DNA of 64,000 nt from Epiperipatus broadwayi (lineage: Eukaryota > Animalia > Onychophora): the NCBI GenBank assembly GCA_028023455.1, contig JAQFVV010000003.1, positions 6,386,001-6,450,000 of the forward strand, in the 5' to 3' direction. The position numbers and the translations under genes are program-made. The notes below the pieces were generated by a model, which had not been told where the DNA came from, did not search any database, and saw nothing but the letters and a program-made list of their open reading frames with translations. Below, one piece after another: positions 28,801 through 41,719 of the stretch (position 1 is its first letter; every line of letters begins with the position of its first letter).

Positions 28801-28990
28801 TATCACTTCAAATTGAGAACAACAGCTGACATAATAAATGCAAGATTATAGATAAAAGCTTTCATTTTTATTATAACATATAAATAATGTAGGGTACTGG
28901 ATTTATGACATTCCTTAAATTGAAAGCCTAAAGTTAGACACAAGTATTTTAAATATTATAATTAAATTGTTTATTTTAAAAAAATCTTAC

Positions 28991-29187
28991 CAAAACATTT
29001 TGAACTTCCCCATTTTTATCCTTATCTGCTAAAACTTGAACTCCGATGTTAATACTTCCGAGTAATTTATTAGGTCGCTCCATAACGTTCATTTGAATCA
29101 GTCTTCCTTTAATCAGATGAGCATCAAAACATGTATTCCATTCAGGAAAAATGGTCTTTTTTTTCTGAACAAGCTGAACTCCTCTAT
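28991..29187 (-). CDS. PRKCD: Novel PKC exon, core of C2-like domain
   Basis: 197 nt, (D)RGVQLVQKKKTIFPEWNTCFDAHLIKGRLIQMNVMERPNKLLGSINIGVQVLADKDKNGEVQNVL, aligning to human PKC delta [36 protein letters not shown]. Acceptor aaaattacag, donor TTG|gtaaga; G from the previous exon plus AT makes GAT (Asp). Confidence 0.95.
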
Positions 29188-29998
29188 CTGTAATTTTTAA
29201 TTAAATATAATTTTGTTAAACATACATATATTTATAATGTATAATATCAAATTTTCATAAAGATAATATATCAATAATCAAGACAATCATTAAAACGTTT
29301 CTATTTTATAAATGGCATATCTCAATGCTGTTGGTCATTCTTTGGTTGAATGCAATGAATTTGTCAAAAATTCAGATATTAAGGCTTAGATTGACCAATA
29401 TATATTCTAGTCTTCATAATGAAGGTTAGTGTGAAACTACTTTTATTTTGTAAGATTATTTGTATGAGTCAATATAAACATATATGTATATGTGAAATTA
29501 AATATTTTCATGGATTTATTATGATGCAAATAATAGAAATTAAGAAATTACATCCATATAAACAACCAGAAATAACTTTATCTACAATTATTCTAAAAAG
29601 CCATCAATTACAAATTGTTTAGCCTCAGGATATTGAATTAGTAGTTGATGGTTTCCTAGCAACTTCAAAGTTATAACTATCTTTGATTCTTTACACAGAT
29701 ATCTCAATTGTTTTATTATTTACACACATGCATATATATATAATCAACCATAAATAGTGGTTTTAAACACATTCATAAACAAGTATATCTATAAGATCAT
29801 AAACTAAAATCCAGTTACAAAGTCAGGCCTCTCTTTACTCATTATACATATACTTCAGGAAAAATCATCATGAAATGGGATATCTAAATTCTCAAGTCAA
29901 CAACTCTAGCATGTTGACCACATCTATAAAATTATGGTTCATTTAATATGAGTGATTTCACATGAAATACATATATAGGAATGCAATGTCTAGTGCAG

Positions 29999-30113
<115 letters not shown>

Positions 30114-32852
30114 TACTGTACCAGAAAAATAAATGAAAAAAAGCATAATAATTTGCAGCTTTCTTGACAGAAGCCCCACATTCTTGCAAACTCTCCACTT
30201 AAATGAAAAAATGTCAGTCTGATCTCTTTCAATACACATGTAACTCATAGAACAAATTGATGATTATCAGATAAGGTAGAAGTTTACAAATCTGAAATTG
30301 CAGCCAGAATTTCAATGTAAATACCAAGAAAGTCTTGAATATGTTCACAATAAAACACACACACATATGGTAATAAAGCTTTCATACAACATTATAAACA
30401 GATCTGATTAAGTGGAGATGATTTGTCATTGCAATATATTCAAGATTTAATACCAATAACTTTTCTATCATGGAATATTGGATTATCATTTCTAGTGAGA
30501 AAATCCCACTGTTCAAATCTCAAAATCAGTTTATAATTAGAGATTTGTTATGAGAAATACATATATGTGATGAAAGAAGTCAGTCTAATGTTTTAATACT
30601 TGGTTGAAAGCATAAAAGAGTATAGAGCTTATATTAAGATATTGTGAAGTAATTTGATTAAGTATCTATATAAAATAGACCTTGGAAAATACTCATGCTC
30701 AGAGTAGAATAGATCAGGTTGGTGCAGTCATTAAGCAGTGATCTATAGATGTTGTTGATTGCTCTAAACATAAAAACACTTCTATCTTTGAAGACATGTA
30801 CATGATGTTCATTAGCTTGCCTTAATTTCATCTTTTAATTATGTAAATCTAATTAAAAATATAATAAAGTAAAACATTATCAATGATTAATAAATATTAT
30901 TAATAGAGAATATGACCACCATGATTTTCTTCTCCAATGAAAGCTATAAAGATGTAGATAGATGAATTTACATTGTCTTGACAAATATTTAATTAGCAAT
31001 ACAAATTTTTTTCAGAGATTTTTAGAATTTTGAAACTTAAATTTCACAACTAATAGCTTTTTGCATTACAGCTAATCTGGAATTAAATCATTTAGTTTCT
31101 ATTGATTACTCAGGCTTACAATGGATGCCTCTGGAATAGGATGAAGAGAATGGTTTTTGGAAGCATATAAAAAGATGAGAAATTATTTATTAATTTTCCA
31201 ACTAAAGATTAAAAGGAATCTACAGTCGATAATTGTTAAATCCCTGAAATATGTAGCAACTATCTTGATGTTAATCTGTGTAACTATGCAAGTGAATCGG
31301 CTTGGGTTCAAAAAGTATTTTTTTAGGTTCAGACTATTGGCATGAATAAGATAAAAGAATAAAAGATGGCTGTTAGAAACATAAATACATTAATTCTAGC
31401 TTTGAATCTTAAGAGCTAATTAATAAAAACAAAATCCAGAAACTGGTCTGAAAATGAGATATTTAGCATTAAACCAGATTACTCAGATTTACAGCATGTG
31501 GCCTGAATCAGGATGAAGCATAGGAATAAACTGAGAGAACCATCTGATGTTGTTGGCAGAATCAATGTAAATTTAACATCTTTCAGAGTGCAAACCATGC
31601 CTACTTATGTTTTTTTTTGTGTGACTATCCTTTTATCAGAATTTACAGAAATTTTAAAGATATTGATTTAAAATAACATCTTCATGGAAATTTTTGTGTC
31701 AATTTTATTGTTTAAAACACTTTTCTTAAGTTTAAAAATGCTTCATCTATTTGCATTTAGGTTGGGTTGATAGCCAGAATTAAAGTGAGAAAAAAGCTTA
31801 GTACAGCAATGGATAGGATGAAATGAAATAGACATCCTCTTTTGAAATAAATTAAATATTTTCCATATCGGTTGCTAGTATTCAATTTTATTAAAGTCAA
31901 AAAAAGGATATCTCATGATGGCAATCCTATTTATTACTAGTCTTTTGAGAATAATAAGGCCAACTTTTTCCTTAATCTAACACTTTTTATAATTTGATCA
32001 AATAAACTTTCTACCTTTCCTCTTTTTGCTTCAACTCAATTTATTTAATTGAAATATTTCATCTGTGATAAATTGTCATGATTAGCCTAATAACATTAAA
32101 TATAGCAATATGTTCTTTTCTGATTCACACACACATATATAATATATATCATAAATGTAATAAAGCTTATTTGATACAGCTATAATCCAAATATAAGCAA
32201 TTAATAACTCATACCTTAATAAGTTTTTAAATTAGAGAAAGAAATAGTAAAAGAGAGAAATAAGAATTATTTTGGTTATCCTAAAACTATTTTTATGTAT
32301 GCATTGATTAATAAATCGACTGATAGCAGTAGAACAGACATGACTATTGTTTGACTGGCTTTATTCAAACCTAACTTCACATGATGTCTCAGGACAAAGA
32401 TTATTTATATCAAAATTTACTAAAACAATTTACAAAAATTGGAATGATGATCTTGAAATACTCTGTTCCTAGCCAAAAGATACTACATTTAAATATTCTA
32501 CTGCCAAGCAAAGATTCCTCTGACAACTTTGAATAAAGAGATAATGAAAGAGAAAGCATAATCGACCAGGACTTCCCTTGCTGGGTAGTGAGAAAATGAG
32601 CACCTTTTCTTTCTTATTTTATCAGTTAACTAAATACCTATTCTTTACACAAGATTGGAGATGAGCCAACTTGGATAAGACTTTGATTCTGATTATTTTT
32701 TTAAAAAAATATCCAACTTTTACCTGTCTTGGATTTAAACTTGTAAGCTGTAAGCAATTTAGATGAACATGCAACATTTATGCTCTCTCTTTCATTATAT
32801 ATATATTAAATCACCCACATGGTTAGATGCTCTCTCTTTCATTATATATATA

Positions 32853-33175
32853 TTAAATCACCCACATGGTTAAGAAATCCAGTACTGCCCTGTGTGAACT
32901 AATACATAAATACATTAGAGTTCGTATTTCAATATAGCCAGGACAAAATGATACCACTTTGATCTGTCTGCTATATGATGTTGTATATTGAAATATGAAC
33001 CAACTCAAACAAAGAACTTGAAATTTTAGCAAGCAACAATCTTATTTTTTGCTACAAACAAACATGTTTTACTATTACTATATAAAGACAAACTAAACTT
33101 TAGTAATTTTAATCTTTAAACCACCTAATTCACAGAGGGCAGTGCTGGATTTTTTAACCATGTGGGGTGATTTAA
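32853..33175. mobile_element. MITE with ~48-bp terminal inverted repeats
   Basis: ttaaatcacccacatggttaagaaatccagtactgccctgtgtgaac versus its inverse at 33127-33175; inner inverted pair gttcgtatttcaatata / tatattgaaatatgaac; both ends read TTAA. Confidence 0.8.
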
Positions 33176-33268
33176 TTGCTTAATATTTGTATATTTATTT
33201 CAGTATAGTGTTATGCACTGGGATTATTTTACATATATTTATTTATTTATGATAAATTCTCCAAGAAA

Positions 33269-33751
33269 AAGCTCTTAATTGATATGTGTAGTAAGAGAAA
33301 AATAATTAAAATCTCTATCTAAAATATTCCTATCCCCAGACCAATTGGTTTTGAGCTTTTGGTTCACCTCATTGAGGATCTACAATATTCAGACACTAGA
33401 TCTAAAATATTAACTCAAAACACAACACTTATTTAATACATAACATTTAAATAGAAACACTGAAATTTTGGGACATGAAAATGTATTTAACTCCAGATAT
33501 CTAACTTAAATAGCTATATGGGACTGAACCAAATTCAGATCTACCATATATTAATAGCCTTAGCATTGTCAAGGCCTTAAAGACAAAATTACAATAACCA
33601 ATAAAGCAAGTCATATATAGTGTGACATTGCTTTTATGAGCTTGTATTTACAAATATGTAATATAGGGAGCATACCAATAGCTCAAACAAGCTCTTAATT
33701 GATAAATGCGGTAAGAGAAAAATATTTAAAATTATCTAGAACATTCCTATC

Positions 33752-33754
<3 letters not shown>
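33269..33754 (-). mobile_element. Retrozyme-like element, family B copy 1 (416-nt monomer plus partial repeat)
   Basis: Direct repeat 33269-33338 ~ 33689-33754; alignable in inverse to 44557-45112; hammerhead-like atcctca atgag gtgaaccaaaagctc AAAA ccaattgg tc tggggat (33379-33332). Confidence 0.75.

Positions 33755-33842
<88 letters not shown>
33755..33842. repeat. (TA)n microsatellite abutting family B 5' end
   Basis: About 44 TA units. Confidence 0.99.
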
Positions 33843-33848
<6 letters not shown>

Positions 33849-34699
33849 TGAATTTGAAAGTTTGTTTGTTACTTAATAAATGAACAAATATTGCATCAAT
33901 CTTAATGAATCTTGCACAATTTTTCTTCTTTTTTTGGGAGAATTATATAGGTTATGAATTTTTGCTTTACAGTACTCAATTGTTTAAAAAAAATTGGAAA
34001 TGCACTCCTAACATGAGGAAAGTTGCAGATACAAAATTTGAAAGTTTGTATCAGCAGTGATCTCTAAGAAACTTTTCTAAATCTAAAAGTAATATTTTTT
34101 AACAATTTCAAAAATTATTAATATAGTATTTTACAGAAAAAAATTATATTCACTAAGAAAGCTGGAGCAATATTTGTGGAATTATTAAGTAATAAACAAA
34201 CAGACATTCAAATACATTTGAATGATTATTTAAAATATTGTAATGGACTGATTGATAATTTATTGTACATGCTGCTATTATTTTTAAAAGTAATTTAGAA
34301 AAAGCACATGTGATGGATTGACCATCTGCATGTAGTGAGAGTCAGCAATAAGTGTTGTAGTATAATTCAAATATTTCAATAAGGATTAAAAGATTTGCAT
34401 TCAACAACCAGGATAAATATTAGAGCTCTAAAATAAAAAATTCAGGAATATTTAAGACAGGTATATTGTGAGAAAGTTACTGGTAATATTTTATCATTTA
34501 TCATTTATTCTTGCTTTTATCATTATCCATGTACATAAATATTTGAAAGTGTGTTTGTTAGTATTATAGATTTTTGATTTATGGTTTGTTTTAAAAAAAT
34601 TGGTAGTTTTCTACTAGCACAAGCAAACCTGCAGATATATATATATAATTCAAAACTGCCTAACACTATACTGTACTAGTAATAAATAAAATACAAAAC

Positions 34700-35128
34700 C
34701 ATAAAACAATACAATACTAGATAAAAATCCAAATTTTACCAAAATCCTTACATGACCATGGTTTCATCTACTAAATAAATAGACCTTAAGTGAAAATCAA
34801 ACTAAAGAAGCAATATATATATATAACAAATCTTCCCATAATTCATTTCAAAAACCGACTTCCCTTTATATTAAAATAAAATATTGTTTGACAATGCAAC
34901 AATTATTTTTTAAGAAAAGAATGAATTAAAAAAAAGAGTAAAGAAAACTTTAATGATAAACTTTCTTGAATCTGAGGCTATGGGAAGGTTTGTTTGTTTT
35001 GTATATATATGTTGCTTTTTTAGTTTGATTTTCACTTGAGAATGTCTATTTGTTTAATAGATGAAACCATGGCCATGCAAGGATTTTGGTAAAATTTGAA
35101 TTTTTATTTAGTATTGTATTGTTTTATG
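34700..35128. mobile_element. Palindromic MITE/foldback with ~140-bp imperfect arms
   Basis: 34700-34840 is the inverse of 34979-35128 (for example ccaaaatcctttacatgaccatggtttcatcta / tagatgaaaccatggccatgcaaggattttgg); ~138-bp spacer. Confidence 0.8.
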
Positions 35129-36320
35129 CTTTTATATATATTATATGCATGAGAATATGCAGATAGACACCTAAAATGTTTGAAATAATGAAAAAATATA
35201 TATCCTTCTATGATATTAACACTAAATGAAATAACGGAGTTAAATTTTGTTTAATATTAATCAGAATGGAATTTAGGGAAAATAAGAGTATATGTTGCAA
35301 GACATCTAGCAAGGTCAAGTGTATGTGAGAAACTGATTAAGATATATAAGAAGATAGAATACTAATAGTTTTTACTGCAGATATTTTTTGCCAAGTTTCA
35401 TTCAGTTCCACAGAAATCTCTCAGATGTATTTATGCTAAAGTTAGGATGTATAAGACATGACACACTGAAAAAATAAAACTCTACAAATGATAATACAGT
35501 AATCACATGATTGAAAATAAGATTTAGAGATACTAAGGCTGAGCAGTAGAAATACTAATATTGTTTAAATCCTACTTACTCTAAAGTTTTGGCCACCCTA
35601 TAAGTATACTTATGGGAGAATTAAAAAAATTAGTGTCTGTTCATGATAGATTTATAAAATTCATATATTATGAATGACTAATAAATTTTAAAAAAATTTG
35701 AAGACTGTAACATCTGTCAAAACATTCTAAAAGAAGCAAAATTGTGTTCAGCTGTAATAAAAATTACTTAATTAGTTGCTTAGGAGAGCCTTTAATGTTT
35801 AAGTACACAGAATGATATATTGATAATAATATTTTCCTTTAGATATGTTGTGCAGTTTAACACAGTGTGAAAGTAATAGATTTCAGAACGAAAAGTTCTT
35901 AGAACAATAATTAATCCATTATATACTGATACTTAAAGGTCATGTGATCTCCTAAGTGAATAACCATCGACTTATTATTTTATATATTGATCAAAGTTGA
36001 TTTTTTTATGTGACACAAAAAGACTCAAGTCTTATCATGACACTAAACCATGCAAGAGATAAAAACAAATAGAAAATTCAGTAGAAAACTGTAATACGCT
36101 TAAAAAAATAAGCAGTGAAAAATACAGTAAGTAGAAGTGGAAAATTTCTGAGCCTTAAAAGCTGTCTATCTAGCTCAAAAACATATAAAATGACCTGTAT
36201 AACACTTCTATTTAAATATGCACATAGTGCTAATATTGAATTAAAAGTTAAATAAAATAAAATATGTATTATTTTCTCATCTAGATCTGTTTTTGCATTT
36301 AACTTTTATAATAGTTCTAG

Positions 36321-36425
36321 TTTTTTTTTCCATGTGTCATAGCATTGGCCAGGAAGCGAACCTGCTAACCCGGGACAACTGCTTGTAAGGCAGATGTGCT
36401 GACCTCTCGACCACCAATGCTTGAC
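36321..36425 (-). mobile_element. tRNA-Val-like SINE copy 2 with TSD
   Basis: A/B boxes, anticodon arm ctgc-cttacaa-gcag (UAC), poly-A tail, TSD aatagttctag at 36310-36320 and 36426-36436. Confidence 0.9.
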
Positions 36426-37632
36426 AATAGTTCTAGTTCATTCTATAAGAAGTGCAACATTCCGACAAATTGACTGCAGATTTAATCTACAATGCTGATA
36501 TTATTTTCTTTATTTTTATAAAGATTTTTATAGCTAAACAATATATTGGTAAAAATAAAATTCAAATATTACCCTGTTTATTATGATTATTTTGCTTTTT
36601 TTTTTTATTAGGATGGCTATATTGAGTAAGATAAGAAAAACTGACTCTGAAAATCACACATTTCAAAATGGATGGAAGAATGCAATTTTTTATAGAAATA
36701 GTAAATTGATGTGATTGATATGTCTGGAAAATATTTTAGTTGATAAAAATACTATTAGGAGGCACTATTTATCAAAATATTCTGATTACAACAAAACTGT
36801 TTGATAAAAAAGAAATAATAAAATCAAAAACTTTCCTATCAAGTGCCCAATATTTTTCATAAAAACTACAAACAAGTGAAAAGATTTGGTGAAAGCAAGT
36901 TATTATTATTTTTTTTAAAAAATAAAAAATTCTAAACCCTTTTCTGAAAGGGAATTTATAAAGTATAGCATCCTAACTATTGTAGAATTAATCTGTCCAG
37001 AATATAAAAAGAAATTTGAGAATAAAAATATATCAAAGAACAGTTACAAGTCAAATTGAAAAATTGTCTTTAAATGTAGATAATGATATTGTTGTTTTTT
37101 ATTTCACACACAAAAAATATGGTTCTTGTTTAAAAAAGAAAAGTTGAAATTGTCCCATTATTGAAAAAACTGCCAACCCTTGAATTAAACAATAATATTA
37201 TATTTAATGTCAGATAAGGTATAAGTTATTAATATGAATATTAAATTTTAATATAGTTATGAAGGGAAAGCAGATTTAAATTCATCTTGCAATATTACTT
37301 AATATATTTTAAATATTTAAAAACTCAAAAATATTTTCAGTATTCAATATGTCACTTTATTATTTTAATATTTATTAGATGAAAGTTATTATTTTCAAGC
37401 AAATATCATAAAATATTAATATTAATATTTTAAAATTCGACATTTTTTTTAATTTGATTTTTTTGCATTTAAGTTCAATTAAAATTATTTTATTTTATTT
37501 GTAGTATAAAAAAGTATTAAAAAGCTCTAAGAATAGCATTAACCAAAATCAATGAAGATATTTTTAACTAGGACTTAATTGTTAATACTTTTTTGTATAA
37601 ATATCAAATTCTCTGGCCAAATCAAATAGATA

Positions 37633-37743
37633 TGTCAAGCGTTATTAGCCGAGAGGTCATCGCAGCTGCCTTGCAAGCAAGTAGTTGGTTGCAGACAGTT
37701 GTGGGTTCACATCCCAGCTGATGCTTTGACATATGGAAAAAAA
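37633..37743 (+). mobile_element. tRNA-derived SINE copy 3 with TSD
   Basis: Same family; flanked by aaatcaaat(a/t)gata direct repeat; A tail. Confidence 0.85.
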
Positions 37744-37799
37744 ATCAAATTGATATGAATAATTTACAAAAATAATAATTATTATTATCTTGCTATTGA

Positions 37800-40740
37800 A
37801 TTCCATAATCCAAGTCAAAAAAAGCAATTCAAAACTATAGTTAAAACACTAGGTAATTTTGCTCTTGTTACTGTTGATGAGCACCCCCAGAGTACCATAA
37901 CAGTGATCCTAAAAATAATTACCTGGGATATAGCATTTAAGACTTCAAAAAAATTGATGGAGCCTTTCGGAGTGGTGATCTCACTATAATCAACTGACCT
38001 AAAAGACACCTTACCCAATATATAACAATAACTTTGACAATTAAAAAAATAGATCCTACCAGCCAGATCACTCACCAAAAGGCCACATTCCACCTCTATA
38101 TAAGGCACTTAAAACCACAATGCTATTCACGTGACCAGTGATCAACTGGCTGTCAATTGCCCTAATGCTTGATGGCAGCAGAGTGATCAGGTGGATGATC
38201 ATACACTCACATGTATTCACAATGAAAACTAGATTTTCATTAGAACACATTCACAAAGAACTGATGATCTATAAAAACTTCCAATAGCAAATGATAATCC
38301 ACAGTTGATAGATCTCAGAATCAATCAAACTGATCATATGTCCATCATAACTGCTTATAATAACAGCCAAAACATACACCAAAATATTAACCAAACACAT
38401 ACTCTCTTTGATGAATAATATATTGAGACTAACTTAATTGTCCAACTAATAAGCAACCAGATCCTTAAAAATATATAATTAATAAAACAAACACTGACAT
38501 CATGGACATTCTGGCTTTGTGTTTTTCATCCAATGAGAATTGCCCTTCATACACTACTGTGAAGAGGAAATCCAGTCATCCAGGGGCAAAACATGAAATC
38601 AAAAAAATAAAAACATTTACCTCTAAAGTCAGCATAACCAACACTCAACAGATGACTAAATTCACATGGTCTGCAGCCCAGATCAGTCACTTTCAATCAC
38701 CAACCTGCAACTTACATAGAGAACTGAATCTCAACTTTATTATTCTAGTAATGCAGTCCTTTACAGAAAAAAGTAACCCTATCACAAACAAACCTGTCAA
38801 CTGCCATTGCCAACAGCTCTGAAAAGTTTTATTTGAATCCTTGCCAGATACCCATCCATAAGATATAGGACTCAAAATTAACACTCTTTCTTCAGCCTCC
38901 TTCAATAGTCACTTTTTTATATACTATTAGATATAAAGCTGAAAATATCATCCTTTAATGTTCATGGTTTGAACAGAGTCCCAAAACATCACCAGTTAAA
39001 CAAGTGGATACAAATTACATAAGCAAACATCCTAGATCTTCTGGAAGCAAAAATATATAGGCTTCTCAAATTTATATAACCACCTACCTAGGTGCCCAAG
39101 CTTTTTATGCTTGCTCCAAAGATTCATCATCATCTTCAGGGGATACTGGTCTGATCATAACTTGAAACTGCACCACTACCAAAATATTAATCTTAAATTG
39201 ATATTTGTATACATACCTCCTGGTCCTACAGTTATTACAAAGTTAATACTTACCATAAAGTTATTATTCTCATCAACCTCACAAACCAAACTGATTATCC
39301 TTCTAGGTGAATTTAATATGAGCTAGTTTATTTTTGTTTCCAGATAACTTCATCAACTTGCATTTCCATTAATGAGTGCTGAACAATTTCTTCTCACAGA
39401 CTCAATCTCATTCTATAATTATCAGTATGCCTCTCTCATGGATTTATGTTTTTAATCTTCTATGCTTCATCATCTCATTAGCCTAATACTTAGTCCATCA
39501 CCCTTACTTGACCACTCAGTCCAGATGCTTACAATTGTTTTAGATTCTGAACAAACAACAACTATTAGTCTTCACAAAAATAATATTCTTCTCTTCATCT
39601 CTACAAACACCAATGAACTTTTAAACTCAGAAATTAAAGATATGCCACTTGATCCTATCCAGTGAATATTACTCTTTAACTTGAACCACATTATGTGTGC
39701 TACTTCCTCATCCTTAAAACTACTAGCCTTAGCAGATAAACTACTCAGAAGAATTACCATGTGACAATATTCTCTTGATTTGCCTGCACATCTAAAAACT
39801 TTCATACTTATATAACAACATATGCAATTCACTGAAAGAGTACCTAGCAAACAATCTGCTTCACTCAACAATACACATGAATCCATGGATACATCTGGTG
39901 GGCTTTAGCCTATTTCTCCAAGATTAGAATACCTCTAGCCCTGGAAATTGACAGAGTAATCATTGATGGATATAACATGATAAAGCCAATTTATAAGCAT
40001 TTAAAACAGAAATTCAAATATATAGTGTGTTTAAACCTCAAAGTAGACTTCTTTGGATATCTGGAATTCAATACACCCTTACAATACTGCTGATTTCACT
40101 CTTCATCTTACCACAAGACCAAACAATTGTCACCCTGGGATTCATCGAATTCCCAAATTTGTCTTTCCATAATTTAGTCATTTCTCTACTATATACCTCT
40201 ATGACTTAGCTAATATCCTATCACAAAAGTTATATAACATACAAGTTTATGTTCCATCTCTCTAATTCTTTTCAATAAAAAGTAAGTTTATATATCCAAT
40301 TTATAACCTTTTTACATGGGGCCCTTGATATTGAAATTTCTAAAAAAGTACTAAAAAAGAAAATAGAATCACATATACTTCCTCTACTATCATCTATGCA
40401 ATATGCCAAGAAGGGCTTATTTACAGCCAAGCAGGTCTCATACATAATACAATTTTAAAAAAAAGTTTGAGAAACAAAAAAATTATGCCCCAATGGCTGT
40501 GCAAATTGCATTGAATCAGCTTTTGACTCAGTCCCAGTTGTCATTTTAACTCACATGCTCACAACACAATAATACCTCTTACCCTTCTTACACATTTACC
40601 AACCTATTGCTAAGCTAAAAAAATCACATAATTCTCAATGGCACATCATTATCTTCTTCAGTCCCCAGCCAATCAGTGTCTCGGCGATTACCTCTCAGTG
40701 AGTTTTTATTTATGTTTTACATTAATCCTTTCATAAACAA
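37800..40740 (+). mobile_element. Old non-LTR retrotransposon remnant (gag-like ORF1 plus APE endonuclease; Jockey/I-like)
   Basis: Zinc-knuckle remnant KPQCYS..DQLAVNCPN (~38115-38165); APE motifs SFNVHGL (~38955), VYIPPG (~39205), LLGEFN (~39300), DH (~39510); RT poorly recognisable. Confidence 0.5.
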
Positions 40741-40774
40741 AATTCAACAAAAAATTCCAGGCATTCAAATTCCA

Positions 40775-41300
40775 AATCATCATCAGCATCATTATCAATT
40801 ATTATCAATCCACTGCAGGATGAAGGTCTCTCCAAGTTCAATCCATCTTCTCTGATCTTTAGCTTCTCTTCTCCACATCACCCTCTGCACACTTTTTTAT
40901 TTCATTCATCCATCTCACATGCACACTTTTTTATTTCATTCATCCATCTCACATGTGGTCTCTTTCTTGGTCTTTTATAATCTCTTGGAATCCCGTTTAA
41001 GATTTCAGTTGTCCATCTATTATCATCTCTTCTAGTAATATGTCCAGCCCAACTCCAGTTTTTGATGCAGCCAGTATCACCTGTTTGTTCTCTTACCCAT
41101 GTATTGCATTTTTGATCTCTTCTTGTTACTCCCAACATGCATCTCTCCATACTTCTTTGAGTGGTCTGAAGTCTCTGTATTGCTGTTCTATTAAGTGTCC
41201 AAGCTCTGATCCATAAGTAAAAACTGATAAAACACATTCATTAAAAACCTTTATTTTCAAACGCATAGGCACATTTCCTTTTATTTCGAATTCCAAATAC
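40775..41300 (-). mobile_element. RTE LINE 3' fragment
   Basis: WTLNRTAIQRLQTTQRSMERCMLGVTRRD...WSWAGHITRRDDNRWT; (TGA)n-type tail; 34-bp internal tandem duplication at 40887-40954; same family as 57535-60290. Confidence 0.92.
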
Positions 41301-41719
41301 CAGATTATATATATCCTGCATTGCTTACATGTGATGTCATTGGTTTTTTTTTTTGCCTCCAAAAATCAATTATACTATAGAATTTAAATTTAAGTTCAAT
41401 TTGAACAAAACCTCTGCATGGTTTCATTACATTGGCAAGTCATATGCATAAATTTTTCATACATGGATGATCGTAAAAATTATCTTAAGTCCTCATATTT
41501 ATTATACTACATTAATGACTACAAAATTTTCAAATGGATAGTTACATTTAATGTTCAAATTTCTCTACAATAATATTAATAATTTTATTGCTTAGTATAA
41601 TGAAAATAAAATATTGATTAATATGTCAAATGTTCAGTAATGTCATATTGTAATAAGTCTAAATATCTAGTTCTCTCATATTATATTGAAACACATAAAA
41701 TTGTGTAAGATGTTGCAAA

